Shown here piece by piece: positions 1 through 10,049 of a stretch of DNA of 64,000 bases. Below the pieces are notes generated by a model. The model saw only the letters and a list, made by a program, of their open reading frames with translations. It did not search any database and was not told the DNA's origin. Positions within the stretch are counted from its first letter, which is position 1. Every line of letters begins with the position of its first letter. The stretch spans positions 8,673-72,672 of the forward strand of contig CAVPPW010000003.1 in NCBI GenBank assembly GCA_963707445.1. Reading direction: 5' to 3'. The DNA is from an uncultured beta proteobacterium (GTDB lineage Bacteria > Pseudomonadota > Gammaproteobacteria > Burkholderiales > Burkholderiaceae_F). The position numbers and the translations under genes were made by a program.

Positions 1-1
1 A

Positions 2-1165
2 GGCATCGCCTGCCACTTCACGCGCGGCGGGCGGTTGCTGCTGTATGCCGACGCCGACTGGTTTGCAAAAGCGCGGCTCGATGCGGAGTATCAGGCGACG
101 CGGGGACTGCACCTGCGCGCGCTGACGGCCGAGCAGTGTGTCCATCATGAGCCCGCGCTCGAAGCCTTCGGCAAGCGCATTGCCGGCGGCATCCTGACTG
201 TCAACGATGCGGTCGCCGACTGCGGCGCGTTCTGCGCTCAGCTGGCGCAGCTGCTCGCACACCGCGGCGTCGAGTTCACACTCGGCCGGGCGATCGAACG
301 CTTTGATGTCGTCAACGGCGAGGTGCGCGCGTTGATCACCTCGGACGCGAGCGCATCCAATGGGTCAGCACCGATGCGCGCCGACGCCTATGTGCTGGCA
401 GCCGGAGCGCAATCGGGCGCGCTGGCCGCAACGGCAGGGATCAAGCTGCCGATCTGCGCGGTAAAAGGCTACTCGATCACGGTCAAGCCGCACGACGCTC
501 CGCTGCCGAGGATCCCGTTCACCGATACACGCCGCCAGATCGCCTTTGTCCCTCTCGGCGATCGTGTGCGCGTCTCGGGATTCGCCGAAGTCGGCGCTGA
601 TCCGGACTCGATCCCGCCGGCCCGCGTCGCCGCTCTGCTCGCCGCGGCGCGCGATGCGCTCGGCTACCACACCGTCGACGGCGACCTGCGGCAGCGGACC
701 GGGCTGCGGCCCGCGACACCGAGCGGGCGGCCGATCATCGGACGCACGACGATCGCCAACCTGGTGCTGAACACCGGCCACGGCGCACTGGGCTGGACAC
801 TTGCCGCCGGCAGCGCGCGGCTCGTCTGCGATGCGATCGCGCGCCGTGGCCCGACCATCGACTCGACGCCATACGCGCTGCGACGAGCACTAGAAGACTC
901 GCCGCCGGCGTCGCGCCTATCATCGGTCCATGCACGCCGAGTCGAGAATTCTTCATCGCCAGTTGCGCGGTCAGTACCCGGTCGCGGTGTCCGGTCACGG
1001 TTGCTGGATCACCGACGCGAGCGGAAAGCGCTATCTCGACGCCTCCGGCGGTGCCGCGGTGTCGTGCCTCGGACACGGGCATCCCGACGTGCTCGCCGCG
1101 ATGCACGCGCAGATCGACGCGCTGGCGTATGCGCATACGAGTTTCTTCTCGACGGCGATCGCTGA
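2..1165 (+). CDS. FAD-dependent D-amino-acid dehydrogenase-like oxidoreductase; the 5' end lies outside the window and the 3' end is uncertain
   Basis: Frame 2 is open from base 2. The translation (GIACHFTRGGRLLLYADADW ... KGYSITVKP ... LNTGHGALGWTLAAGSARLV) reads like the C-terminal two thirds of DadA-type enzymes. Family-like text stops near 885. The ORF then runs on as Arg/Ser-rich text across the next gene start (930), so the true stop may be lost to an indel. Confidence 0.7.
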   Translation, partial: GIACHFTRGGRLLLYADADWFAKARLDAEYQATRGLHLRALTAEQCVHHEPALEAFGKRIAGGILTVNDAVADCGAFCAQLAQLLAHRGVEFTLGRAIERFDVVNGEVRALITSDASASNGSAPMRADAYVLAAGAQSGALAATAGIKLPICAVKGYSITVKPHDAPLPRIPFTDTRRQIAFVPLGDRVRVSGFAEVGADPDSIPPARVAALLAAARDALGYHTVDGDLRQRTGLRPATPSGRPIIGRTTIANLVLNTGHGALGWTLAAGSARLVCDAIARRGPTIDSTPYALRRALEDSPPASRLSSVHARRVENSSSPVARSVPGRGVRSRLLDHRRERKALSRRLRRCRGVVPRTRASRRARRDARADRRAGVCAYEFLLDGDR

Positions 1166-2272
1166 GGAACTGGCCGATGCGCTGATCCGCGGTGCGCCTG
1201 CGGGCATCTCGCATGTCTACCTCGTCTCGGGCGGATCGGAGGCGGTCGAGGCTGCGCTGAAGCTCGCGCGCCAGTACTTCGTCGAGAAGGGCGAGCCGCA
1301 GCGCGCGCGCTTCATCGCGCGTCGCATTGAGCTACCACGGCAACACCCTCGGCGCGCTCGCGGTCGGCGGCAACGCTTGGCGTCGCCGCCAGTTCGCGCC
1401 GCTGCTGATCGACGTCGAGCATGTTGCGCCGACCTATGCCTACCGCGATCAGCGCGACAACGAAACGCCGGAGCAGTACGGCGCGCGCCTCGCCGCCGAG
1501 CTGGAGGCGACGATCGCGCGAGTCGGCGGCGCCAATGTGATCGCCTTCATCGCCGAGACCGTCGGTGGCGCGACCAGCGGCTGCCTGGTGCCGCCGCCGG
1601 GCTACTTCAGGCGCGTACGCGAGATCTGTGATGCGCACGGCATCCTGCTGATCCTCGACGAAGTGATGTGCGGAATGGGGCGCACCGGCACGCTGCACGC
1701 CTGCGAGCAAGAGGGCGTGGCGCCCGACCTGATGGCGATCGCGAAGGGACTCGGCGGGGGTTATCAGCCGGTCGGCGCGGTACTCATCGGCGGCCGCGTG
1801 ATCGATGCGATCGCGGCCGGCAGCGGCTTCTTTCAGCACGGGCACACCTACATCGGGCATCCGGTCGCGTGCGCCGCTGCGCTTGCGGTGCAGCGCGTGC
1901 TGGCGCGCGACGCGGCTGGTCGAGCGCTGCGCTCGCCAGGGCGCGCGGCTGCGCGCCGAGCTCGACGATGCGTTTCGCGATCACCCATTTGTCGGTGATG
2001 TGCGCGGGCGCGGACTGTTCCAGGCGGTCGAGCTGGTGGCGGACCGCTCGACCAAGGCCCCGTTCGACCCGTCGTTGCGACTGCATGCCCGCGTCAAGCG
2101 GGCGGCGCTCGATCTCGGACTGATGTGCTATCCGATGGGCGGCACGATCGACGGCGCGCGTGGCGATCACGTGCTGCTCGCGCCGCCGTTCATCATCAGC
2201 GACGACGAGCTCGACCTGCTGATCGAACGCCTGGTCGAAGCGGTCGACAGCGCGATCGAATCGACGCGTTAG
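930..2272 (+). pseudogene. Class-III PLP aminotransferase (omega/acetylornithine type) with two frame breaks, either real or a sequencing artefact
   Basis: ORFs 930-1631, 1327-1998 and 1805-2272 join into one complete protein. Diagnostic stretches are DASGGAAVSCLGHGHP, SYHGNTLGAL, ILDEVMCGMGRTG, FQHGHTYIGHP and [14 protein letters not shown]. The frame changes near 1325 and 1915. Confidence 0.85.
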
Positions 2273-2352
2273 CGCCGGGGTTACGCCGCCTTGCGCCGTC
2301 TGCGCGTGGGCGCTACCGTGTCGGACCCTCGAAGGGGCAACAGGAGACTTGC

Positions 2353-3342
2353 ATGAATTCCAGGATTACCTTGTGCGCAACCGCGCTGGCCGCTGCCTTT
2401 GTTGCCGCCGCAGGCGCGCCCGAGAGCGCGAGCGCGCAGCAGACGCAACGATTCATCACGGTCGGCACGGGCGGCGTGACCGGTGTCTATTACCCGGCCG
2501 GCGGCGCGATCTGCCGCCTGGTCAATCGCGACCGCGCCAAGCATGGCCTGCGCTGCTCGGTCGAGTCGACCGGCGGCTCGGTCGCAAACGTCAACCTGCT
2601 GAAGTCGGGTGAAATCGAATTCGGCGTCGCGCAGTCGGATGTTCAGTTCAACGCGACCAAGGGCGAGGGCCAGTTCCAAAAGGACGGCGCGATGAGCGAC
2701 CTGCGCGCGGTGTTCGCGCTGCATCCGGAGCCCTTCACGGTGGTGGCCCGCAAGGAAGCGAACATCACGAAGTTCGAGGACTTCAAGGGCAAACGCTTCA
2801 ACGTCGGCAACCCGGGCTCGGGCACGCTCGCGTCGATGAACGAATTGCTGGCGACGATGGGCTGGAAGATGAGCGACTTCGGTCTTGCATCGGAGCTGCG
2901 TCCCGATGAGCATGGTCCGGCGCTGTGCGACGGCAAGATCGACGGCTTCTTTTATGGCGTCGGCCACCCGTCCGCCAACATCCAGGACCCGACGACGATC
3001 TGCGGCGCGAAGCTGGTGTCCCTGACCGGTCCGGCCGTCGACAAGCTCGTCAAGGACAAGCCGTATTACGCGATGGCGACGATCCCCGGCGGCATGTATC
3101 CGAACAACCCGAACCCGACGCAGACCTACGGTGTTCAGGCGACCGTTGTCTCGTCCGCGAAGGTACCGCCCGAGGTCGTCTATACGGTCGTCAAGATCGT
3201 GTTCGACAACCTCGACGAGTTCAAGAAGCTGCATCCCGCGCTTGCCAATCTGAAGCCGGAAGACATGGTGAAAAGTGGTCTGTCGGCGCCGCTGCACGAA
3301 GGCGCGGCCAAGTACTACAAGGAGAAGGGCTGGATCAAGTAG
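2353..3342 (+). CDS. TAXI-family TRAP transporter solute receptor
   Basis: ATG at 2353 is preceded by AGGAG (2342-2346). There is a signal peptide ([28 protein letters not shown]). The body ([25 protein letters not shown] ... [12 protein letters not shown] ... [12 protein letters not shown]) is typical of TAXI receptors. Confidence 0.9.
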   Translation: MNSRITLCATALAAAFVAAAGAPESASAQQTQRFITVGTGGVTGVYYPAGGAICRLVNRDRAKHGLRCSVESTGGSVANVNLLKSGEIEFGVAQSDVQFNATKGEGQFQKDGAMSDLRAVFALHPEPFTVVARKEANITKFEDFKGKRFNVGNPGSGTLASMNELLATMGWKMSDFGLASELRPDEHGPALCDGKIDGFFYGVGHPSANIQDPTTICGAKLVSLTGPAVDKLVKDKPYYAMATIPGGMYPNNPNPTQTYGVQATVVSSAKVPPEVVYTVVKIVFDNLDEFKKLHPALANLKPEDMVKSGLSAPLHEGAAKYYKEKGWIK

Positions 3343-3390
3343 CAGGGCGATCTGGCGGGCGCGCGCAGCGCGCGCCGGGCGCGTAAAGTC

Positions 3391-3435
3391 CGACGGGCGG
3401 CGGGTCTTCGACTCTCCGCCCGTCTTGTTTTTCTT
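3391..3435 (+). terminator. Intrinsic terminator or attenuator between the receptor and permease genes
   Basis: A 9-bp stem (GACGGGCGG 3391-3399 pairs with CCGCCCGTC 3415-3423) is followed by TTGTTTTTCTT. Confidence 0.7.
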
Positions 3436-3448
3436 GGGGAGCCGCTCG

Positions 3449-6032
3449 GTGGACGGCAAGAAGATCGAAGAGCAGCTTGCGCCAACTGCAGAAATGCAGC
3501 TCGGCGAAAGCGACGTCAAGCAGCTCGTCAAGGACACGGACCTTGGCGGCCGCTCGACGACCGGCTTCGCGGGCAACGTCATGCTCGGCGCCAGCCTGCT
3601 GTGGGTCGTTTTCCAGCTCTGGTACGCGTCTCCGATTCCGTTTTCGCTGCCTTCAGGATTCCGTTTCGGTCTGTTCAACGACACCGAGGCGCGCTCGATC
3701 CATCTCGCGCTCGGCCTCTTCCTTGCGTTTCTGGCGTTTCCGGCGTTCAAGAAGTCGCCGCGCGACTACGTGCCCTGGCAGGACTGGCTGTTTGCCGTCG
3801 GCGGTGCGGTCGCCTCGCTGTATCTGATCGTCTTCTACCAGGAACTCGCGCTCAGGCCAGGCAATCCGACGGCGCTTGACGTGGCGGTCGGCGTCGTCGG
3901 TGTCCTGCTGCTGCTGGAAGCGACGCGGCGCGCGGTAGGCCTGCCGATGGCCGTGCTTGCCGTGCTGTTCCTCATCTACACGATGGCCGGGCCGATGTTG
4001 CCCGACGTCATCGCCCACAAAGGCGCCTCGGTCTCGCGCGTGATCTCGCCACATGTGGATGGTCACCGAGGGCGTGTTCGGCATCGCGCTCGGCGTGTCG
4101 GTCAGTTTCATCTTCGTGTTCGTGCTGTTCGGCACGCTGCTCGACCGGGCGGGCGGCGGCAATTACATGATGCAGGTGAGCTTTGCGCTGCTGGGCCACC
4201 TGCGCGGCGGGCCTGCCAAGGTCTCGGTGGTGTCGTCCGCCCTGAACGGCATGATCTCCGGCTCGTCGGTCAGCAACGTTGTGTCCGGCGGCATCTTCAC
4301 GATCCCACTGATGAAGCGCGCCGGTTACGGCGGGGTGAAGGCGGCGGCGATCGAGACGGCATCGTCGGTGGACGGACAGATCATGCCGCCGGTGATGGGC
4401 GCCGCGGCGTTCCTGATGGTCGAATACGTGGGCATTCCGTATTCGGACATCATCAAGCACGCGTTCCTGCCCGCGGTCATCAGCTACATCGCGCTGTTCT
4501 ACATCGTTCACCTCGAGGCGGTGAAGCTCGGCCTTGCCGCCACCGCGCAAGAGCGGGAACGGACCATGGGCAACCGCATCACCTCGTGGGCGCTCGGGCT
4601 GAGCGGCAGCGCCATCGTGCTGGCGATCATCTATTACGTCGCGATCGGTGCACAGGCGCTGTTCGGCGCCGCTGCACCGTACGTGCTCGGCTTGCTGTTG
4701 GCGGCGCTTTATGTGTACAGCGTCTGGATCGCCGCAATGCAGCCGGACATGCCGACCGAGATCGACGTGAAGAATCCGGTGCTGCCGCCGACCTGGCCGA
4801 CCGTGAAGGCAGGCGTGCACTTCCTGATTCCGGTCGGCGTGCTGATCTGGTGCCTGATGGTCGAGGAGCTGTCGCCGGGCCTGGCGGCGTTCTGGGGTGT
4901 CGTCACGCAGATCCTGCTGATGGTGACGCAGCGCCCGTTGATCGCCTTCTTCCGCAAGCAGGGCGAACTCTCGCGGCAGTTCGTGATCGGCCTGAAGGAT
5001 GTCATCGGCGGGAGCGACGACGGCGCACGCAACATGATCGGCATCGCGGTGGCGACCGGGTGCGCCGGCATCATCGTCGGCTCGATCACGCTGACCGGCC
5101 TGGGTCTGCGCATGACGGACTTCGTCGAGTTCGTGTCCCAGGGCAACGTGCTCGCGATGCTGTTCTTCACGGCGTTCGTCTGCCTGGTCCTCGGCATGGG
5201 CGTGCCCACTACCGCGAACTACATTCTCGTCGCCACGCTGATGGCGCCGGTCGTCGTCGAACTCGGCGCCCAGTCGGGACTCGTGATCCCGCTGATTTCG
5301 GTGCACCTGTTCGTTTTCTACTACGGGATCATGGGCGACATCACGCCGCCCGTGGGCCTCGCGAGTTTCGCCGCCGCTGCAATCGCGAAAGAGAACCCGA
5401 TCGACGTCGGTCTGCAGGGCTCGGTGTATGCGTTTCGTACGGTCATCCTGCCGTTCATCTGGATCTTCAATCCGGCGCTGCTGCTGATCGACGTCCACGG
5501 CTGGCAGGAGGCAACTCTGGTCGCCGTTGCGTCGACGCTGGCCTCGCTGATGTTTGCCGCCGCGACGATGGCCTGGTTCCGCATCAGGGCGCGCTGGTAT
5601 GAAGTGATCCTGCTGTTCGCCGCGACGTTCTTCCTGTTCCGGCCCGACTGGTTTGCCGACCAGATCGCGCCCGAGTATGCCGATGCCCCCGCGTCGAAGT
5701 TCTACGAAGTGGCGGCCGGACTTCCGCCCGGTGACCGACTCGTCTTCCTGATCAAGGGGCATTCGCTGGACGGCGACGAAACGAGCAAGACGGTCGGCGT
5801 GCAGCTGGGGCCGAAAACGAGCAGCACTGGCAGCGCCGTGAACGACGCGCGCAAGCGGCTCGGCGACGCGGGGCTGTCAGTGTCCGGATTCGGCGAGATG
5901 CTGCAGGTGAGCGCAGTGCGCTTCGGCAGCACGGCCGCCAAGGCGCGCATCGAGCAGGGCTTCGAGATCGTCGGCGTCAAGGTGCCGAACGATCGCATCA
6001 ACGCGTACTGGTTCTACATCCCGGCGTGCTGA
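3449..6032 (+). pseudogene. TAXI-type TRAP transporter fused permease with a C-terminal extra domain; one frame break
   Basis: ORF 3275-5602 (usable from GTG 3449 or ATG 3494) joins ORF 4053-6032 near 4048 (..GASVSRVIS / WMVTEGVFGIALG..). The protein is long and polytopic (GGPAKVSVVSSALNGMISGSSVSNV, MPPVMGAAAFLM). The soluble ~130-aa tail is of the kind found on TAXI permeases. Confidence 0.85.
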
Positions 6033-6113
6033 TCATCGTGTTCGTGTGGCTGCTGCAGGGCCTGCGGATGCGGCGCACTTCACCGGTCACCGCGCCGGCG
6101 TAGGAAGGACGCG

Positions 6114-7034
6114 ATGCGACTGATCACCGACGCCGACGTCGCCGAAGTCATCACGATGCGCGACGCCGTCGCCGCGATGGCCGCCGCGTTCGAGCAGTTC
6201 GGCAATGGCGCCGGAGCGGTCGTGCCACGGATGCGGGCCACCGCCGAACATCGCCAGCAGTCGGTGGCGATCGCCACGATGGGCGCCGCGCTGCCGGCTG
6301 CCGGAGTCGTCGGCGCCAAGGTGTACACGACCATCGCCGGTCGCTTCCAGTTCGTCATCGTGCTGTTCTCCGCGATCACCGGCGAGCCGCTCGCGGCGCT
6401 CGAGGCCAACGAGATCACGCGCCTGCGCACGGCGGCCGTGACTGCAGTGGCGATGCAGCGGCTCGCGGCGCGCGAAGCGCGCGCGCTGGCGATCTTCGGC
6501 ACCGGGGTGCAGGCGCGCGCGCATGCCGAGGCGCTGCTGATGGCGCGCCCGTTCGAGCGCGTGCTCGTCGCGGGTCGCAGTGCTGCGCCGGATTTCGCCG
6601 ACTGGGTGCAGACCGAGTTTGGCGTGCCGGCGAGCGCGGTGGATGCCGCCGCTGCCGTGCACGCAGGCGACGTGATCGTCACGGCGACGCGCGCGGTCGA
6701 GCCGCTGTTCGACGGGGCACTGGTACGGCCCGGCACCTTCGTCGCCGCGGTCGGTTCGGCCAAGCCCAGTGGGCGCGAACTCGATGACACACTGCTGGCG
6801 CGGGCCGAGCTGATCGTCGTCGAATGGCTGCCCGCCGCCGCGGCCGAGGCCGGCGAGTTCGTGCGCGCCGCGCCCGGCGTGATCGACCGCGCCCGCGTCG
6901 TCGAGCTCGGCAAGCTGCTGGTCAAGGGCGCGCATTATGACCGGCGGCCAAGAGACATCGTCGTCTACAAGTCGGTCGGCATCGGGCTCGAGGACGTCGC
7001 GCTCGCGCACCTCGTTTATAAGCGCAGCGTCTGA
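6114..7034 (+). CDS. Ornithine cyclodeaminase / mu-crystallin family protein
   Basis: An intact 306-aa ORF with RBS AGGAAGGA upstream. Supporting text: MRLITDADVAEVITMRDAVAAMAAAFEQ, and a Rossmann-like AIFGTGVQARAHAEAL. Confidence 0.85.
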   Translation: MRLITDADVAEVITMRDAVAAMAAAFEQFGNGAGAVVPRMRATAEHRQQSVAIATMGAALPAAGVVGAKVYTTIAGRFQFVIVLFSAITGEPLAALEANEITRLRTAAVTAVAMQRLAAREARALAIFGTGVQARAHAEALLMARPFERVLVAGRSAAPDFADWVQTEFGVPASAVDAAAAVHAGDVIVTATRAVEPLFDGALVRPGTFVAAVGSAKPSGRELDDTLLARAELIVVEWLPAAAAEAGEFVRAAPGVIDRARVVELGKLLVKGAHYDRRPRDIVVYKSVGIGLEDVALAHLVYKRSV

Positions 7035-7052
7035 CGACGGGCGTTCGCCGGA

Positions 7053-7656
7053 ATGTGCGGCCGTTACGACCTGTCGCAGAATCCCGCCGCGATCAAGGCG
7101 CACTTCCGCGTGCCAGCCGTGCCCGATTTCCTCGCCAGCCCGGACGTTCGTCCGACGGAACTGAAGCCGATCGTCCGGTTTGCCCGCGATGGGGGGCGCA
7201 AATGCGTGCTTGCGCGCTGGGGATTGGTGCCGTTTTGGGCCAAGGATCTTAAATTCGGCAATCGCTGCATCAATGCGCGCGCCGAGACGATCGCAACCGC
7301 CCCCGCCTTCCGCGAGGCGTACACCAGGCGCCATTGCCTGGTGCCACTTAACGCGTTCTTCGAATGGAGCGGCGAGAAGGGCCACGAAGGTCAAATGGCG
7401 CATCCGCCTGCGAGACGAACCGCTGTTCGCGCTGGCCGGCCTGTGGGAGTGGTGGCGTGACCCGGCGACGCAGCAGGGCATCGAGACGTATACGATCATC
7501 ACGACCGAGGCGAACTCGCTGCTGGCACCGCTGCACGATCGCATGCCGGTCATCGTCGGCGCGGCCGACTATGAGCGCTGGCTCGAAGCCGGCGCCGACA
7601 GCGCGACGCTGCTGGCGCCCTATCCCAATGAGGCGCTGAAGGTCGAGGCGGCGTGA
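7053..7656 (+). pseudogene. SOS response-associated peptidase (SRAP/YedK family) with one frame break
   Basis: It starts MCGRY (catalytic Cys2). ORF 7053-7460 joins the frame of ORF 7180-7656 near 7385 (..FFEWSGEKG / KVKWRIRLRDEPLFALAGLWEWW..HDRMPVIV). Confidence 0.85.
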
Positions 7657-8096
7657 TCGCGGCACGGACGGCCGCGGCGCTGACCGCGGCATTCCTGGTC
7701 GACGCGCTGGCGCAGTCGCTGGCCGTGCCTGCGCCGCCGCCGGATTGCGGCTCGATCGTGCTCATTCGCTGCAATCCGCCGGCAGGTGCATCGGCCGACG
7801 CGGACCGACGCGCCGCCGCGCGGCGTCAGGAAGCACGACGTGCGCAGCCCGCGGTGCAGGAACTGGACCGCGTCATCATCGAAGGCGACGCCGAGCGCTC
7901 CTCTCCCGAGGACGCGATCAGCCGCGCGCTGGCGCGTCCGCTGCTGCTCCAGGGCGAGAGCACGTTCTCGCTCGGCGAAGGCGCGCAGTGCACCTGCCGC
8001 AGCGTCTGCCCGCCACCGCCACTGCCGTGCTGTGTCTGCAGCGATCGCGTCGGCAGCCGCCACGCGACCGCGCCGGGGTGGAAGCCAACGAACTAG
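7653..8096 (+). CDS. Hypothetical exported Cys/Pro-rich protein
   Basis: The GTG start overlaps the SRAP stop (GTGA). There is an N-terminal hydrophobic segment (AAALTAAFLVDALAQS) and a C-terminal CTCRSVCPPPPLPCCVC. I do not recognise a family. Confidence 0.45.
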   Translation: MIAARTAAALTAAFLVDALAQSLAVPAPPPDCGSIVLIRCNPPAGASADADRRAAARRQEARRAQPAVQELDRVIIEGDAERSSPEDAISRALARPLLLQGESTFSLGEGAQCTCRSVCPPPPLPCCVCSDRVGSRHATAPGWKPTN

Positions 8097-8187
8097 CAGC
8101 GCCGCTCGTCTCGTCCTGCCTTGCAGTTGAAAGCGGGCGAGCGCCGGTCGCCCGGCACCCGCCCGCCTGATCGAACACTCCAAGCGC

Positions 8188-8213
8188 AAAAAGCGACGCG
8201 CACCGCGCGTCGC
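8188..8213 (-). terminator. Intrinsic terminator of the protease gene
   Basis: On the minus strand, GCGACGCGC-GGT-GCGCGTCGC is followed by TTTTT. It sits 21 nt past the stop at 8234. Confidence 0.7.
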
Positions 8214-8233
8214 GTACGCAAGGAGCGTTCTGG

Positions 8234-9688
8234 TCAGCCGATCTCGACCGGCACGAACACGCGCTGGCCCTGGCGCTCGACCAGCAGTGCGATCCTGCCC
8301 TTCGCGCGGTCGACGCTTGCCTTCAGTTCCTCGACCGTGCGGGTGGGCTGGCCGTTGGCGGAGACGATCACGTCGCCGGAGCGCACGCCTGCCTTGGCCG
8401 CCGCGCCGCTTGCCTGCTGCACCAGCAAGCCGCCGTCGCTTTGCAATGCGCGCGCTTCATCGGTCGAAAGCGGCCGTACCGCAACGCCGAGCTTGCCCTG
8501 CGGCTTGCCGGGCTCGCTGTCATTCTGCGCGACGCGCTCGTTCGGTCGTTCATCGATCGTGAGGTCGACGGTCTTTTCGGACCGATCGCGCCAGATCTTC
8601 AGCGTTGCCTTGGTCCCCGGGGACGTCTGGGCGACGGCCGCCGGCAGGTCCTGCGCCTTCGCGATCGGCCGACCGCTGAACTCGAGGATCACATCGCCTT
8701 CTTTGAGGCCGGCCTTCGCCGCCGGCGAGTTCGGCTCGACCTTGCTGACGAGCGCGCCGCGCACCGGTTCGACTCCGAAACTCTCGGCGAGCGCCGCGTC
8801 CACCGGCTGAATACCGACGCCGATGCGACCGCGCGTCACCTTGCCGTGCGCGACGAGATCGTCCCTGACCTTCAGAGCGAGGTCGATCGGAATCGCGAAC
8901 GACAGGCCCATGTAGCCGCCGCTGGTCGAGAAGATCTGCGAGTTGATGCCGATGACTTCGCCGGCCATGTTGAACAGCGGCCCGCCCGAGTTGCCGGGAT
9001 TGACCGCGACATCGGTCTGGATGAACGGCACCAGAGTTTCCTGCGGCAAGGCGCGCGCCTTTGCAGAGACGATGCCGGCCGTCACCGAGTTGTCGAGACC
9101 GAAGGGCGAGCCGATCGCCGCAACCCATTCACCGACTTTGAGCTTCGAAGGATCGCCGGTCTTTACGGTCGGCAGCTGCCGAGCATCGATCTTGACGACC
9201 GCAACATCGGTCAGCCGGTCGGCGCCGAGGACTTTGCCCTTGAACTCGCGCTGATCGGCGAGGCGCACGGTCAGTTCGGTAGCACCGTCGACCACGTGCG
9301 CGTTCGTCAGAATCACGCCATCGGCAGACACGATGAAGCCTGATCCGACTCCGCGTCCGCCGCGTTCACCCGGCTCGCGATCGGGCCGCGGAACACCAAA
9401 GCGCTTCAGCAACTCGCCCATGTCGCTGTCGGGATCGAATTGCGCGGCGTTTGTCGTCGCGCGTTTGGTTACAGCGATGTTGACGACTGCGGCACCATTG
9501 GCTTCGACCAGTGCGCTGAAGTCCGGCAGCGTGCTGCGCGGGCTCGACGCGGGCTGCTGCACCGTCGTGGTGGCCGCGGCCGTTGCCGCTGTTGCCGCAG
9601 CCAGGTCGTGCTGGCGCTGGCCAAGAAAAAATGCGGCAGCGACCGCGGAGGCGATCAGTGTCGGCTTGATCAGATTTGCAGATCTCAT
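8234..9688 (-). CDS. Do-family periplasmic serine endoprotease (DegP/DegQ/MucD type)
   Basis: An intact 484-aa ORF with a signal peptide. It has a trypsin-like core (GSGFIVSADGVILTNAHVV ... GNSGGPLFN) followed by two PDZ-like regions. Confidence 0.93.
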   Translation of the reverse strand: MRSANLIKPTLIASAVAAAFFLGQRQHDLAAATAATAAATTTVQQPASSPRSTLPDFSALVEANGAAVVNIAVTKRATTNAAQFDPDSDMGELLKRFGVPRPDREPGERGGRGVGSGFIVSADGVILTNAHVVDGATELTVRLADQREFKGKVLGADRLTDVAVVKIDARQLPTVKTGDPSKLKVGEWVAAIGSPFGLDNSVTAGIVSAKARALPQETLVPFIQTDVAVNPGNSGGPLFNMAGEVIGINSQIFSTSGGYMGLSFAIPIDLALKVRDDLVAHGKVTRGRIGVGIQPVDAALAESFGVEPVRGALVSKVEPNSPAAKAGLKEGDVILEFSGRPIAKAQDLPAAVAQTSPGTKATLKIWRDRSEKTVDLTIDERPNERVAQNDSEPGKPQGKLGVAVRPLSTDEARALQSDGGLLVQQASGAAAKAGVRSGDVIVSANGQPTRTVEELKASVDRAKGRIALLVERQGQRVFVPVEIG

Positions 9689-9742
9689 TGCGCGTGGACT
9701 CCGTCGATGAAAAGAGGACGGGCGCGAATCTGCGAACCGGAA

Positions 9743-9954
9743 CTTAGTTTTGGCTTAAGCCGTCGATCAAGCCGGACCGACGGCGTGAAATTGTGCATGG
9801 ATGACGGCGAGGCTTAAGCGGCGCTTAAAGGCCGCGCGCTCGATGGCAAAAAAAAGCGCCGCAGCGCGGCGCAGATTCGAGTGAGTGAGCGCGATGGAAA
9901 TGTCCATCGATCACGGTGCGAAAACTAGACCCCGCGACTTAAGTGTGACTTAAG
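9743..9954. promoter_or_regulatory. Three pairs of CTTAAG-type hexamers, each pair exactly 11 bp start-to-start (PmrA/BasR-box-like response-regulator sites)
   Basis: The pairs are CTTAG 9743 / CTTAAG 9754, CTTAAG 9813 / CTTAAAG 9824, and GACTTAAG 9936 / GACTTAAG 9947. They lie between the protease start (9688) and the kinase stop (10050). Confidence 0.55.
9848..9872 (-). terminator. Intrinsic terminator of the two-component operon
   Basis: On the minus strand, GCGCCGC-GCT-GCGGCGC is followed by TTTTTTTT (the A8 run at 9848-9855 on the plus strand). Confidence 0.75.
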
Positions 9955-10049
9955 GTCACCTGCCATCCGAGCGGCGCTGGCGCTTCGCCGAAGCAGTCGG
10001 TCGGCTCACTGTCAAGTGAGCAAACACTTGCGCGCATCGCCGCCAGCAT

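Noticed and set aside
2281-3750. A 489-aa minus-strand ORF overlapping the TAXI receptor gene. Similar long antisense ORFs include 4008-5762, 6087-7553, 12143-12748, 17865-18749, 18858-20045, 23361-24464, 26074-26808, 36603-37595, 38503-39750, 39766-40869, 54175-55395 and 60226-61389.
   Set aside because: These are shadow ORFs, which are typical of high-GC DNA. Their translations are Arg/Ala/Gly/Pro/His-rich with no family-like motifs, and they lie antisense to genes with clear homology-like text.
9739-9766. GGAACTT followed about 16 nt later by TCGAT/TCAAG, resembling an RpoE (sigma-E) promoter as expected for degP-type genes.
   Set aside because: It lies on the plus strand and points away from the protease gene, and no plus-strand gene follows it. 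It is probably coincidental overlap with the first CTTAG hexamer.
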